Part shown: positions 38,075 to 47,459 of the stretch, piece after piece
Layout of the letters: each line of letters begins with the position of its first letter
Numbering within the stretch: the first letter of the stretch is position 1
Assembly: GCA_018667855.1 (NCBI GenBank)
Contig: JABIRL010000080.1
Coordinates: forward strand, 10,341-74,340
Source of the DNA: Rhodospirillaceae bacterium
GTDB lineage: Bacteria; Pseudomonadota; Alphaproteobacteria; GCA-2731375
DNA length: 64,000 nt
Direction: 5' to 3'
Notes under the pieces: generated by a model
Database searches by the model: none
What the model was told of the DNA's origin: nothing
What the model saw: the letters and a program-made list of their open reading frames with translations, nothing else
Position numbers and translations under genes: made by a program

Positions 38075-38605
38075 CTATAATTCTGCGTCAAGTACACGGT
38101 CTTCTTCCGACCGCGTCGCCGTTGCCGTGTCCGTGACAATGCCATGGATGGATTGAATCAAATCGACCAGCAAACGCACGGTGAACAACGCCACCCCGAA
38201 AACAAGCACGATCTTTGGCGGCCATTCCAGTAATTCCAGCGGCCCATCCACATAGGATTGGAATTCCCAGGCATCGGCGAAGTCATCGTAAACAGCGACA
38301 GTGACGATGAAGAAGGCGATCAGGCCGACGAAAACACCAAAGGTTTCGAAGATGACCTTTTTGCGGTTCGGCAGCCATTCGGTGAAGATCGTAACAAAGA
38401 CATGTTCCCGCGCCGCTTGTACCGAGCTCAAGGGCAGAAAAACAATGAAAATCATTAGATACTCGCTGAACACCAAATCATCGGGAATTGGCATGGCGAA
38501 CAAATAACGCCCCAATACCGAAATACATACCAGCAGCATCAAGGAAACCAGTGCCGTGGTCGCAATTACGACCGAAATGCGGTCTATCCAACTCAATGTC
38601 TTCAC
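38075..38605 (-). CDS. dctQ: TRAP transporter small permease
   Basis: 4 TM segments, RYLFAMP, EHVFVTIF; lies between dctP and dctM. Confidence 0.9.
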   Translation of the reverse strand: MKTLSWIDRISVVIATTALVSLMLLVCISVLGRYLFAMPIPDDLVFSEYLMIFIVFLPLSSVQAAREHVFVTIFTEWLPNRKKVIFETFGVFVGLIAFFIVTVAVYDDFADAWEFQSYVDGPLELLEWPPKIVLVFGVALFTVRLLVDLIQSIHGIVTDTATATRSEEDRVLDAEL

Positions 38606-38615
38606 AATTTAGACC

Positions 38616-38650
38616 ACGGGGTTCCGATCCCTTATGGATCGGAACCCCGT
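38616..38650. terminator. Perfect 15-bp hairpin after dctP (attenuator or mRNA stabiliser)
   Basis: ACGGGGTTCCGATCC-CTTAT-GGATCGGAACCCCGT. Confidence 0.7.
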
Positions 38651-38674
38651 CCCTCTACTTATTCTTCCGTTACA

Positions 38675-39757
38675 TCAGTTCGTCGAAGCCCAGGGATAGC
38701 CTTTTTCCGCGACGATCTTTTTGTATTTGGCATGGATTTTATCAAACTTGGCAAGGAAAGCGTCCGTGTCCATGCCGCGTTTTTTCATTTTTGCGATCCA
38801 CTCCACCTTGAAGCTGGCGGCGGCCGCGACCCATTTTGCGCGCTCGCCACTGCTCAACTGGTGAAAAGCCACCTTTCGGCCATCAATGCCCTTCGTCATG
38901 GCTGTCTTGGCTTCGTCCGAGGCATCCATATACATCTTGGCATAGACATCCATGTATTCATCGGAGGTGCTCAGGATGATGTCCTGCAGCTTTTTCGGCA
39001 TGCCGTTCAACAGTTTGGTATTGATGGCAATGCCATAACCCAGCAGCTGGCCCATGCTGGCTTCCGTCACGTGGGAGGCCACTTCATAATGTTTGTAGGC
39101 CTTCACGAAGGGCGTGTAATTGACGGTACCGTCAATGGTGCCCCGATCCAGGGCCGAATATAGTTCACCGAAACCGATTTTCACCGGTACCGCGCCCAGC
39201 GCCTTGAACAAATGGGTCCAGCCGCCCGTGGTGCGGATCTTCATGCCCTGCAGATCGCCAATGGAGGTCACGGCTTTCTTGGCAGTCAGCAATTGCACCG
39301 GACCGGTGGTGTTATTGGCAATGATGGTAATTTTCTGCCGGGTGGTTTCTTTCAACAATTCCGGCGAATTCTGCCGCATCTCGAACCAGGTGCGCATGCC
39401 GATCCAGGCATCCGAGTGCAGGAAAGGTGTGTTGGCATAATTCCAGACCGGAAATTCTGCCGGCGTGTACACGCCGATGACAGTGCCGGTATCCGATAGC
39501 CCCGAACCCACGGCCTTCATGGTCGCCTTGCCCTTGACCAGTGACTGGCTCCAGAAAAATTTGATTTTGATATCGCCGCCCGAGCGGCTTTCCAGTTCGG
39601 CGGCCCACCATTTCAAGGCCCCGGCGCGTGGCCCGCGCGGCGGGCCGATGTCAGCATAACGAAGATTGTAAACCTTAGCTTCCGCCGATGAATAACCGAC
39701 CGGTGCGGCCAGCAACGCGGTCGCCGCGATGGCGCCACAAAGTGCAAGTTTCAACAT
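38675..39757 (-). CDS. dctP: TRAP transporter periplasmic solute-binding protein
   Basis: Signal peptide, DLQGMKIR, ELYSALDRGTIDG. Confidence 0.92.
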   Translation of the reverse strand: MLKLALCGAIAATALLAAPVGYSSAEAKVYNLRYADIGPPRGPRAGALKWWAAELESRSGGDIKIKFFWSQSLVKGKATMKAVGSGLSDTGTVIGVYTPAEFPVWNYANTPFLHSDAWIGMRTWFEMRQNSPELLKETTRQKITIIANNTTGPVQLLTAKKAVTSIGDLQGMKIRTTGGWTHLFKALGAVPVKIGFGELYSALDRGTIDGTVNYTPFVKAYKHYEVASHVTEASMGQLLGYGIAINTKLLNGMPKKLQDIILSTSDEYMDVYAKMYMDASDEAKTAMTKGIDGRKVAFHQLSSGERAKWVAAAASFKVEWIAKMKKRGMDTDAFLAKFDKIHAKYKKIVAEKGYPWASTN

Positions 39758-40039
39758 ATGTAATCCCCCGATTAAGGTAGAGTTTGGTTATTAATTGTTA
39801 CCTGATTCTTCCCAGACAACCTCCGGAACGATCCCGACACTAAAGATGTTTAATGAAAAATGAAACAGTTTTGCACAGGACGCCGTGTGGAGCAGGTCAA
39901 TCCGCGAAGTTACGCGCGGGCATGAAAATCGCGAATAAACACGCAAAAATCATTCCGCAATCGCAATCATGAACGAATTCGCACCGCCTCCGGGGCCGCG
40001 ATCGACAATTTGCGGCCCCGGGACGGTTCAATTTTGCGG

Positions 40040-40699
40040 CTAGCTGGGATCAGGCACAAAGCGCAGGTATGGCTTCGGCGCCTTCCAGCCATCGGGGTAT
40101 TTCGCCTTTGCGTCCTCATCGGAAATGGCTGGGACAATGATCACATCATCGCCCTTTTTCCAATTGACCGGCGTGGCGACCTGATGCTGGGCCGTCAACT
40201 GGCAGGAATCCAGGACTCGCAGGACTTCGTCGAAATTACGCCCAGTGCTCATGGGATAGGTCAGGGACAATTTGATCTTTTTGTCCGGGCCGATCAGGAA
40301 CACCGTGCGCACAGTGGCATTGTTTACGGCGGTGCGACCGTCGGACGAGCCGGCCTCGTCGGCGGGCAGCATTTCATACAGTTTCGCCACGGCCAGCTCG
40401 GTATCGCCAATCATCGGATAGGTCACCGCATGGCCCTGAACATCCTCGATATCCTTGGCCCAGGCGGCATGGTTTTCAACCGGATCCACGGACAGGCCGA
40501 CAATCTTGCAGTTTCGCTTGTCGAATTCCGATTTCAGGCCGGCCATATAGCCAAGTTCGGTCGTGCAAACCGGCGTGAAGTCTTTCGGATGGGAAAACAG
40601 CATGGCCCAGCCATCGCCGATCCAGTCATGAAAACTGATCGAGCCTTCCGTTGTTTCAGCGGTGAAATTCGGTGCTTCGTCATTAATTCTAAGGGACAT
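40040..40699 (-). CDS. 1-Cys peroxiredoxin (Prx6 family)
   Basis: FSHPKDFTPVCTTE, YPMSTGRNFDE, ATPVNW; GGAGG RBS. Confidence 0.95.
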   Translation of the reverse strand: MSLRINDEAPNFTAETTEGSISFHDWIGDGWAMLFSHPKDFTPVCTTELGYMAGLKSEFDKRNCKIVGLSVDPVENHAAWAKDIEDVQGHAVTYPMIGDTELAVAKLYEMLPADEAGSSDGRTAVNNATVRTVFLIGPDKKIKLSLTYPMSTGRNFDEVLRVLDSCQLTAQHQVATPVNWKKGDDVIIVPAISDEDAKAKYPDGWKAPKPYLRFVPDPS

Positions 40700-40764
40700 T
40701 GTGTCCGCCTCCATGTTGCTTGTTTGTTTACGAATGAGCCCAAGAAAAAGGCCGACGGATTAAA

Positions 40765-41700
40765 TTATACGCAAGCCGCCAATAGGGAACCTCGCAGCCA
40801 TGCTGGATCAATCTGACCGGATGCGCCAATCAAAATCAGTTGAGATTCCTTCTGATCCCGCCCCCATTCCGGCCCGCGTTCGAGGGTATGACGGCGGCCG
40901 ACCAGTTGCAGGATATAGGCATGGCGACAATCATCGCGCAGATAAATTGATCCCTTGGCGCGCAACACGCTGTCGGGCCAGGTCGCGATCTGCGCCTGCA
41001 AGCGGTCCCTGTCCATGGGCCGTGATGTCCGGAATGGCACTGCACGATAATCTTCGTGGTGATTGTCGTGCTGATCGTCGTGGTGATCGGTGTCGAAAAG
41101 GGGTGGACCGCCGTCCGTATGCTGGCCCAACAGGACCGCGGCCGGAAGATCGCCAAAACGGCTCGAAACGATCCGGCTGCCGGGCGCTTGTTGCCGCAGC
41201 CAAATGTTCGTCGCGCCGCATTGTGCGTCGGACAATAAATCCACCTTGTTAAGTATCAGCAAATCAGCGCTGACCAGTTGTTGACGGACGGTTGTACCGA
41301 CGAATTTGTCAACGGCCCGCTTTTGCACGGTCTCGCCATCGGCGACGACAATCACCCCGTCCAGGGACAGGCCGGGCCAGCCTTGTCCATACATGGCGAT
41401 CTTAGCCGGATTGGCGACGCCGCTGGCCTCGATCACGATTTGATCGGGCGGCTCGTCCAGGGCCAGAACCTTGTCCAGGGCGTCCCCCAGGGCATCCGCG
41501 ATGGTGCAACAGACGCATCCGTTGGAGAGCGCGATGGTATCACCGTCATGGGCCACGATCAGCTTGGCATCGATGTTGATGGCGCCAAAATCATTGACCA
41601 GAACCGCCAGCCGCCGGCCGTGACCGCCAGCCAGCAAACCATTGATCAGGGTGGTCTTGCCCGCCCCCAGATAGCCGCCCACCACCGTGACGGGGATCAT
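40765..41700 (-). CDS. CobW/COG0523 metallochaperone GTPase
   Basis: GYLGAGKTT, VNDFG, GCVCC, IEASG, NKVD, DHHDDQHDNHHED. Confidence 0.92.
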   Translation of the reverse strand: MIPVTVVGGYLGAGKTTLINGLLAGGHGRRLAVLVNDFGAINIDAKLIVAHDGDTIALSNGCVCCTIADALGDALDKVLALDEPPDQIVIEASGVANPAKIAMYGQGWPGLSLDGVIVVADGETVQKRAVDKFVGTTVRQQLVSADLLILNKVDLLSDAQCGATNIWLRQQAPGSRIVSSRFGDLPAAVLLGQHTDGGPPLFDTDHHDDQHDNHHEDYRAVPFRTSRPMDRDRLQAQIATWPDSVLRAKGSIYLRDDCRHAYILQLVGRRHTLERGPEWGRDQKESQLILIGASGQIDPAWLRGSLLAACV

Positions 41701-41702
41701 GT

Positions 41703-43376
41703 TCAGGCCTTTTTGGCCGGTACCATGGGAAATGGCCGGCCTTCGAATACCGTGCCCCAAATGGGTATCTCACGCAGATTTTCGGCGCCCACCTCGTAAG
41801 GATCCTGCTCCAGAATGGTAAAATCAGCGGTCTTGCCGGACCGGATGCTGCCGATTTCGTGCTCCAGACCCAGGATATAGGCCGCATCTATGGTGATCGC
41901 GCGCAGGGCCTGGTCCAGGGTCAGGCGTTCCTCCGGCCCCATGACATGACCGGCTTCGCTGATCCTGGTGGCCGCCACCCAGGCGCTGTTCAAAGGCAGG
42001 GCCGGTGCCATGGTGAAATCCGTATGCAGGGCCGTGGTCACGTTATGCCGCGCCAGGGTACCCAGGCGGGACATTTGCGAGGCCCGTTCGTGGCCCAGCT
42101 TATTCTTCCAATAGGCATCCCCCAGTTCATGGACGTAATAGATATTGACCGAGGCCAAGGCACCCAGATCCGCCATGCGGCGGACCTGCTCGGGCGTGGA
42201 GACGCCGAAATGCTCAATGGTGAAACGATGGTTGAAGCGGGGCCGCTCCCATTGCAGCTTTTCCAGGGTATCAAGCGCCAGTTCCACGCCCATATCGCCG
42301 GAACAGTGAACATGGATCTTGAAACCTTCATTCCAATAGGTCCGCGCGACGTCTTCGAAAATTTCCGGCGGCGTCATCCACTCGCCCTCGCTGCCGTCAA
42401 TGGCGCCGGGCGCTCCTAATTGCATCAGACCGGCATAAAAGCCGCCGTCGGCAAACAGTTTGACATGATCATAAAACCGCAGGCGGTGGGTGTTGCGCTC
42501 TCGCAGGCCGACGGTTCTTTTAACTAAATCGCTGCCGCTCTTCCTGCCGCCGCCGAGGGCGACGCCAGGCGGAATCATCTGCACCCGAAACGGTGTGTCT
42601 TCCTGTTCCAGAACCTTGACCAGAGCGCCCCACTCCATTTCCAGGTCAAACATGCCCGCCGCCATGTCGCCAATTGTCGTATGGCCGCCGTGATGAACTA
42701 CCTGCCGTAACCGGTCCAAACCACCCTCAAACCGCTTTGGCGCCAGGGTGTAAGGATTAAAATAGCGAAAGGCCAGGGACAGCCCGGTCTCGAAAAACCG
42801 CCCCTCGGCCATGTCGACCTGGGGGTGGCGTTCGCCATCTGCCTCGTCCATGCCCATCCATTCCACCGCGGCGTCGTTGACCACAAGGGTATGGAAGCCG
42901 CGATGCCAGACGATGACGGGCCGGGTGGCGGAGATGCCGTTCAGGGTCTGGCGGTCCACTTCGCCATGCCAGATCGGATGATGGCCCCAGGAAAAAAGCG
43001 GCTCGTCCGGATCCTCCGTCTCCAGGTCGATCTGCTTCAGGCGGTCCAGAAATTCGTTGTTGCCCCGAATGGCGGGGACATCCTGCCAGGGCAGGTGCCA
43101 TTCCAGGGCCGTGGTGAAATGCATGGGCAACAGCAGAGCCGCCATGGACGGATGCAGATGCGGGTCGATAAAGCCCGGCATGATGACGTGATCGCGAAAC
43201 CGCTCGTCAATTCTGTGAGGGTGAGCCTGCAGCCAGGGCTGCATCGTCTCCAGACTACCGACTTCAACGATCTGGCTGCCTCTGACGGCAACCGCCTCGG
43301 CCAGGGGCAGGGCCGGCTCCATGGTCCGCACCACCTTGGCGGGGTAAACAATAATCTCTTCCATACGCTCCTCCAT
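41703..43376 (-). CDS. Amidohydrolase family 3 protein
   Basis: PGFIDPHLH, KLFADG, HVHCSGD, IEH, GSIRSGKTADF. Confidence 0.9.
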   Translation of the reverse strand: MEERMEEIIVYPAKVVRTMEPALPLAEAVAVRGSQIVEVGSLETMQPWLQAHPHRIDERFRDHVIMPGFIDPHLHPSMAALLLPMHFTTALEWHLPWQDVPAIRGNNEFLDRLKQIDLETEDPDEPLFSWGHHPIWHGEVDRQTLNGISATRPVIVWHRGFHTLVVNDAAVEWMGMDEADGERHPQVDMAEGRFFETGLSLAFRYFNPYTLAPKRFEGGLDRLRQVVHHGGHTTIGDMAAGMFDLEMEWGALVKVLEQEDTPFRVQMIPPGVALGGGRKSGSDLVKRTVGLRERNTHRLRFYDHVKLFADGGFYAGLMQLGAPGAIDGSEGEWMTPPEIFEDVARTYWNEGFKIHVHCSGDMGVELALDTLEKLQWERPRFNHRFTIEHFGVSTPEQVRRMADLGALASVNIYYVHELGDAYWKNKLGHERASQMSRLGTLARHNVTTALHTDFTMAPALPLNSAWVAATRISEAGHVMGPEERLTLDQALRAITIDAAYILGLEHEIGSIRSGKTADFTILEQDPYEVGAENLREIPIWGTVFEGRPFPMVPAKKA

Positions 43377-44899
43377 CAGGCGTCCTCCCCCTTCGGCATG
43401 CGCACCAGCCAGATCAGAGGCAAGGGAATAATGGCAATAACGGCGTACACGCGGAAGGCATTTATATAACCGATCATGGCCGCTTGACGCTTGATCTCGC
43501 CCGATGTCGCGGCAAGGCCCTGCACGGTCCCCAGATCCAGCACTCCCGTGACCCATGGCAAGGTCAATAACTTCGAAAATTCCGACAGCGGCATGCCCAA
43601 TTCCGCGCTGTTGACAAAGGTCGAGCGGATCACCACCGCAACGCAGATGGAGATGAACAGAGACGATGAAAAGTTGCGGAACATATGAAACACCGCCGAG
43701 GCATCATCGAGAAATTCCGGTCGAACCGTGGAAAACATGATCAGGGTCAGAGGTACCCAGGACATTCCGATTCCGAGGCCTTGCAACGCGCCGGTCCAAG
43801 CCACGTCGAAATAGGTCACGTTCACATCGAATTGCGAGATGGCATAGCCAGAGATCGCCTGACAGAGAAAGCCAAAGCTCAATGTCGCATGCACATTCCA
43901 TTGCGCCAGACGGATAACCAGCAGAAAGGACAGCAAATTGCCGGCGCCGCGAATGGCCAGCAGGATGCCGATGGTGGAATCCGGAAATCCGCGCAGATCC
44001 TGCAACATGGACGGCATCAAGACCAGGGGAACAAAGTTCAGCATGCCGAACATAAAGGCCAGAACCACGCCGATACAGTAGTTGCGGTTCAGAAACAGTT
44101 TCGGGCTGATAAAGGGCCGTTCGGCTGTGGTGATATGGACCAAAAATATATAAGCGGCCAGAAAACCGACGGTGCATTCGATGATGGTCTCGGGCGACTC
44201 GAACCAGGAATTGCGCTCGCCACGGTCGAACATGAATTGAAATGCGGCCAAGGCGGCGGCCAGGGCCAGAAAGCCGAGCCAATCCAGGGGTGCGCCCTTG
44301 GGCCGGTTGGGCCGCCGTTTGATGAAGACCCAGATCGCGGCGAAGGTCATGACGCCGAAGGGCACGATCATGAAAAACACCCAGCGCCAGCTGTATTCCT
44401 CGGCGATGGTGCCGCCGAAGGTGGGACCGATGATCGGCCCCATGACCACGCCCACACCCCACAGCGCGGTGGCCAGACTGTGTTGGCTGCGGGGAAATGT
44501 GTCCAGAATGATGGCTTGCGAGACGGGCACCAGGGGAGCGCCAAAAGCACCCTGCAAAATACGATACAGCACCAGGGCCTCCAAACTGTCGGCCAAACCG
44601 CACAGCACGGAAGCGATGGTAAAGCCCAGGGTGCCCAGCAGCAGCACGTTGCGCCGGCCGAACCGGTTCGACAGCCAGCCCGAAATAGGCGTCATGACGG
44701 CGGTCGCCACCAGATTGAAGGTAATCACCCAGGCCACCTGATCCGGCGTCGCCGACAGGGCGCCACGCATTTGCGGCAGCACCACGTTGGCGACGGTGAT
44801 CGCCATGGCGTACAGCATTGTTGCGGATGATACGGTAGCCAGCACAATGAAGCGGCGCGACGCCGGCACCATTGTGGCCGGATCGGCGGTTATGGTCAT
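43376..44899 (-). CDS. DHA2/EmrB-family MFS efflux permease
   Basis: WVITFNLVA, GWLSNRFGRR, GPIIGPTFGG, SWRWVFF. Confidence 0.92.
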   Translation of the reverse strand: MTITADPATMVPASRRFIVLATVSSATMLYAMAITVANVVLPQMRGALSATPDQVAWVITFNLVATAVMTPISGWLSNRFGRRNVLLLGTLGFTIASVLCGLADSLEALVLYRILQGAFGAPLVPVSQAIILDTFPRSQHSLATALWGVGVVMGPIIGPTFGGTIAEEYSWRWVFFMIVPFGVMTFAAIWVFIKRRPNRPKGAPLDWLGFLALAAALAAFQFMFDRGERNSWFESPETIIECTVGFLAAYIFLVHITTAERPFISPKLFLNRNYCIGVVLAFMFGMLNFVPLVLMPSMLQDLRGFPDSTIGILLAIRGAGNLLSFLLVIRLAQWNVHATLSFGFLCQAISGYAISQFDVNVTYFDVAWTGALQGLGIGMSWVPLTLIMFSTVRPEFLDDASAVFHMFRNFSSSLFISICVAVVIRSTFVNSAELGMPLSEFSKLLTLPWVTGVLDLGTVQGLAATSGEIKRQAAMIGYINAFRVYAVIAIIPLPLIWLVRMPKGEDA

Positions 44900-45015
44900 G
44901 GCGGATATATATCAGGCAATCGTGGTCGGCACGAGAAATTAGCTGATAGTAAAGGCTGGCGGCAACGATGTGCGCTGCATTAGTATGCGCACCGCGGATT
45001 GTACAAAGGGTAATC

Positions 45016-46452
45016 ATGGCCGGGACTGATGTAACACGCCGTTTGGCGGCTATTTTGGCGGCGGATGTCGTTGGCTACAGCAAAATGATGGGCGTGGACG
45101 AGGCCGGTACCTTGGCTTCATTGCGCGACATCTGGCGGGACAATTTCAATCCCTGCATCAAGGAATTCAATGGCCGCGTCGCGAAAATGATGGGTGACGG
45201 GGCCTTGGCGGAATTCGCCTCGGTCGTCGATGCGGTCTCCTGCGCCGTGGCCTTTCAGGAACGCATGGCGAAACACAATTCCGGCGCCGGCACCGATCAT
45301 TCCGGCGGCATGATAGAATTCCGCATCGGCGTCAATCTGGGCGACATCTGGATCGAAGACGGCGATATTTTCGGCGACGGCGTCAACATCGCGGCCCGTC
45401 TGGAAGGTCTCGCGCCGGCGGGCGGCGTCCTGACCTCGGACAGCGTTTATGCCCAAATTGTCGGCAAAATTGACGCCGTGTTCACGGATGCCGGCGAGCA
45501 GCAGTTGAAGAATATCGATCGTTCCCTGCGGTGCTGGCAATGGGATGGCAAGACACCGGCCACGGCCTCGGATAATGAACAGTCAGTGTCTTCACCGTCC
45601 CTGGAACAAAAAATCAGCTTCTGCACATCTTTGGATGGCGCTGAGATCGCCTACGCCACATCCGGTACCGGGCCGCCTCTGGTCAGGGCGCCCCATTGGA
45701 TGAGCCATCTGGAGTTTGACTGGCTATCCCCAATCTGGCGCCATGTTCTGACGGCATTGAGCCAGGATCATACGCTGGTCCGCTTTGATCAACGGGCCAA
45801 TGGCCTGTCCGATTGGGATGTGGACGACGTGTCTTTTGAAGCATTTGTGCATGATCTGGCGGCGGTGGTCGATGCCGCGAAGCTGGACCGCTTCCCGCTG
45901 TTCGGCATCTCCCAGGGCTGCGCCATCTCCATCGCCTATGCAGTGCGTAATCCGGAACGGGTCAGCTGTCTGATCCTGTACGGCGGCTTTGCCCGCGGCT
46001 CCGAAAAAAGAGGCTCCGAGACGACCGCCGCCCAGGCCATCGCCATGCGCACCTTGATCCAAACTGGCTGGGGCCAGGACAACCCTGCCTTTCGGCAGAT
46101 GTTTACCTCGAGCTTTTTGCCCGGCGGCACGGTCGAGCAGTGGGATTGGTTTAACGAATTGCAGCGGGTCAGCGTCTCACCGGAAAACGCCGTACGGATT
46201 CGCCAGGCGAACGACAATGTCGATGTCTCCGATTTACTAGAACGAGTTACCGTGCCGACCCTGGTGCTGCATTGCAAGGACGATGGTATCGTCCCCTTCA
46301 GCGAAGGCCGCCGCATGGCTGCCATGATCCCCAACGCGCGGTTCGTGCCGCTGGAAGGCAAAAATCATCTAATTTTGGAAGACGAACCCGCCTGGCCGAT
46401 ATTCCTGGAGGAAATACGAAATTTCCTCGCCCAGACCAGCGGCGCCGGCTAG
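45016..46452 (+). CDS. Adenylate/guanylate cyclase - alpha/beta hydrolase fusion
   Basis: RRLAAILAADVVGYS, KMMGDG, DIFGDGVNIAARL; C-terminal GISQG, HCKDD, GKNH. Confidence 0.9.
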   Translation: MAGTDVTRRLAAILAADVVGYSKMMGVDEAGTLASLRDIWRDNFNPCIKEFNGRVAKMMGDGALAEFASVVDAVSCAVAFQERMAKHNSGAGTDHSGGMIEFRIGVNLGDIWIEDGDIFGDGVNIAARLEGLAPAGGVLTSDSVYAQIVGKIDAVFTDAGEQQLKNIDRSLRCWQWDGKTPATASDNEQSVSSPSLEQKISFCTSLDGAEIAYATSGTGPPLVRAPHWMSHLEFDWLSPIWRHVLTALSQDHTLVRFDQRANGLSDWDVDDVSFEAFVHDLAAVVDAAKLDRFPLFGISQGCAISIAYAVRNPERVSCLILYGGFARGSEKRGSETTAAQAIAMRTLIQTGWGQDNPAFRQMFTSSFLPGGTVEQWDWFNELQRVSVSPENAVRIRQANDNVDVSDLLERVTVPTLVLHCKDDGIVPFSEGRRMAAMIPNARFVPLEGKNHLILEDEPAWPIFLEEIRNFLAQTSGAG

Positions 46453-46554
46453 AGCAACCCGCGGTCAATTGGATTCAATTGACCGCGGATAAGTTGCTCT
46501 ATCTTAAAGGTTTTAGCGCATGGCCTCGCGTTCAATTGAACGCGACATGCGCTA
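46450..46554. repeat. 105-bp twin-hairpin repeat, family 1, copy C
   Basis: Spans exactly from the TAG stop of the cyclase to the TAG stop of the convergent DUF6356 gene. Confidence 0.92.
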
Positions 46555-46803
46555 ACCGCCCAACGACAAATCGGCACCGGGCAAGGGCGCCTTGCCGCCG
46601 ACCCTGTGCGTGACCATGCGCCGATACAGGCCGGTAATCGCGTTGCTGCCCGTGCGCCCAAACATGAAGGGAAAGACGCCGTGCATCAAACAGGCCATGC
46701 CGGCCACTAGCATGGTCATGCCAAAACCCGTGGCGGTCACAAAATGTTCGCCATAGCTTTCGCCCACGGAGGCAGGATGTTCGGTAAAGGAAATAGGCGT
46801 CAT
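46552..46803 (-). CDS. DUF6356 family small protein
   Basis: FTEHPASVGESYGEHF...HGVFPFMF...GS pattern. Confidence 0.8.
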   Translation of the reverse strand: MTPISFTEHPASVGESYGEHFVTATGFGMTMLVAGMACLMHGVFPFMFGRTGSNAITGLYRRMVTHRVGGKAPLPGADLSLGG

Positions 46804-46977
46804 GAAAAGATCCCCAACTCAGTCTGAGCAAAATTCTGGGAATAATATAATGCGCATCACTAGATAAATTATTGCAAAACCTCAGATTATTTCGCTAAAT
46901 AGTGCGGTTTCATGCTAAAATATTATCCATAATTGGAATTATTTGCTGTAACTGACTTAACAAAAGGTAAAAATCTC

Positions 46978-47427
46978 GTGGATGACTTTGATCGTCGCAT
47001 CTTGCGGATCTTGCAGGCGGATGCATCGCTGTCGGTGGCTGTCGTCGCGGAACAGGTTGGCTTGTCGCCAACCCCGTGTTGGCGACGCATCCAGAAGCTG
47101 GAAGCCAGCGGAATTATCCGCAGCCGGGTGGCCTTGCTAGACGCCGACCAATTGGATTTGGGTCTGACGGTCTTTGTGCATCTGCGCATCGCGCGCCATG
47201 ACAGTGATTGGCTGGCGAACTTTACCCGCGCCATGATGACCATGCCGGAAGTGCTGGAAGTCAGCCGTCTGGCCGGCAATTGGGACTATCTATTGCGGGT
47301 TCTGGTCGCCGACATGCCGGCCTATGACCGGTTTTACAAGCGACTGATCGAGATTGACGGCCTGAACGATGTCTCGTCCAGCTTCTCCATGGAGCAGATC
47401 AAATACACCACCGCCCTGCCGCTATAG
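46978..47427 (+). CDS. Lrp/AsnC family regulator (DecR-like)
   Basis: VGLSPTPCWRRIQKLE HTH, YDRFYKRLI, SSFSMEQIKYTTALP. Confidence 0.93.
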   Translation: MDDFDRRILRILQADASLSVAVVAEQVGLSPTPCWRRIQKLEASGIIRSRVALLDADQLDLGLTVFVHLRIARHDSDWLANFTRAMMTMPEVLEVSRLAGNWDYLLRVLVADMPAYDRFYKRLIEIDGLNDVSSSFSMEQIKYTTALPL

Positions 47428-47459
47428 GGCGCGTCTCGACCGTACCACGAACCGCCGGA

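Noticed and set aside
39990..40021. Hairpin downstream of the peroxiredoxin gene
   Set aside because: A 10-bp stem is present but has no U-tract, so it is not called as a terminator.
40765..41700. CobW-like protein as the nitrile hydratase activator
   Set aside because: It lies 35 kb away; COG0523 activators serve Fe-type NHases, and this Co-type operon has its own accessory gene.
8248..46554. Palindromic repeats as a CRISPR array or integron attC sites
   Set aside because: Dispersed rather than arrayed, no spacers, no cas or integrase gene, no GTTRRRY boundaries, and the flanking genes are convergent.
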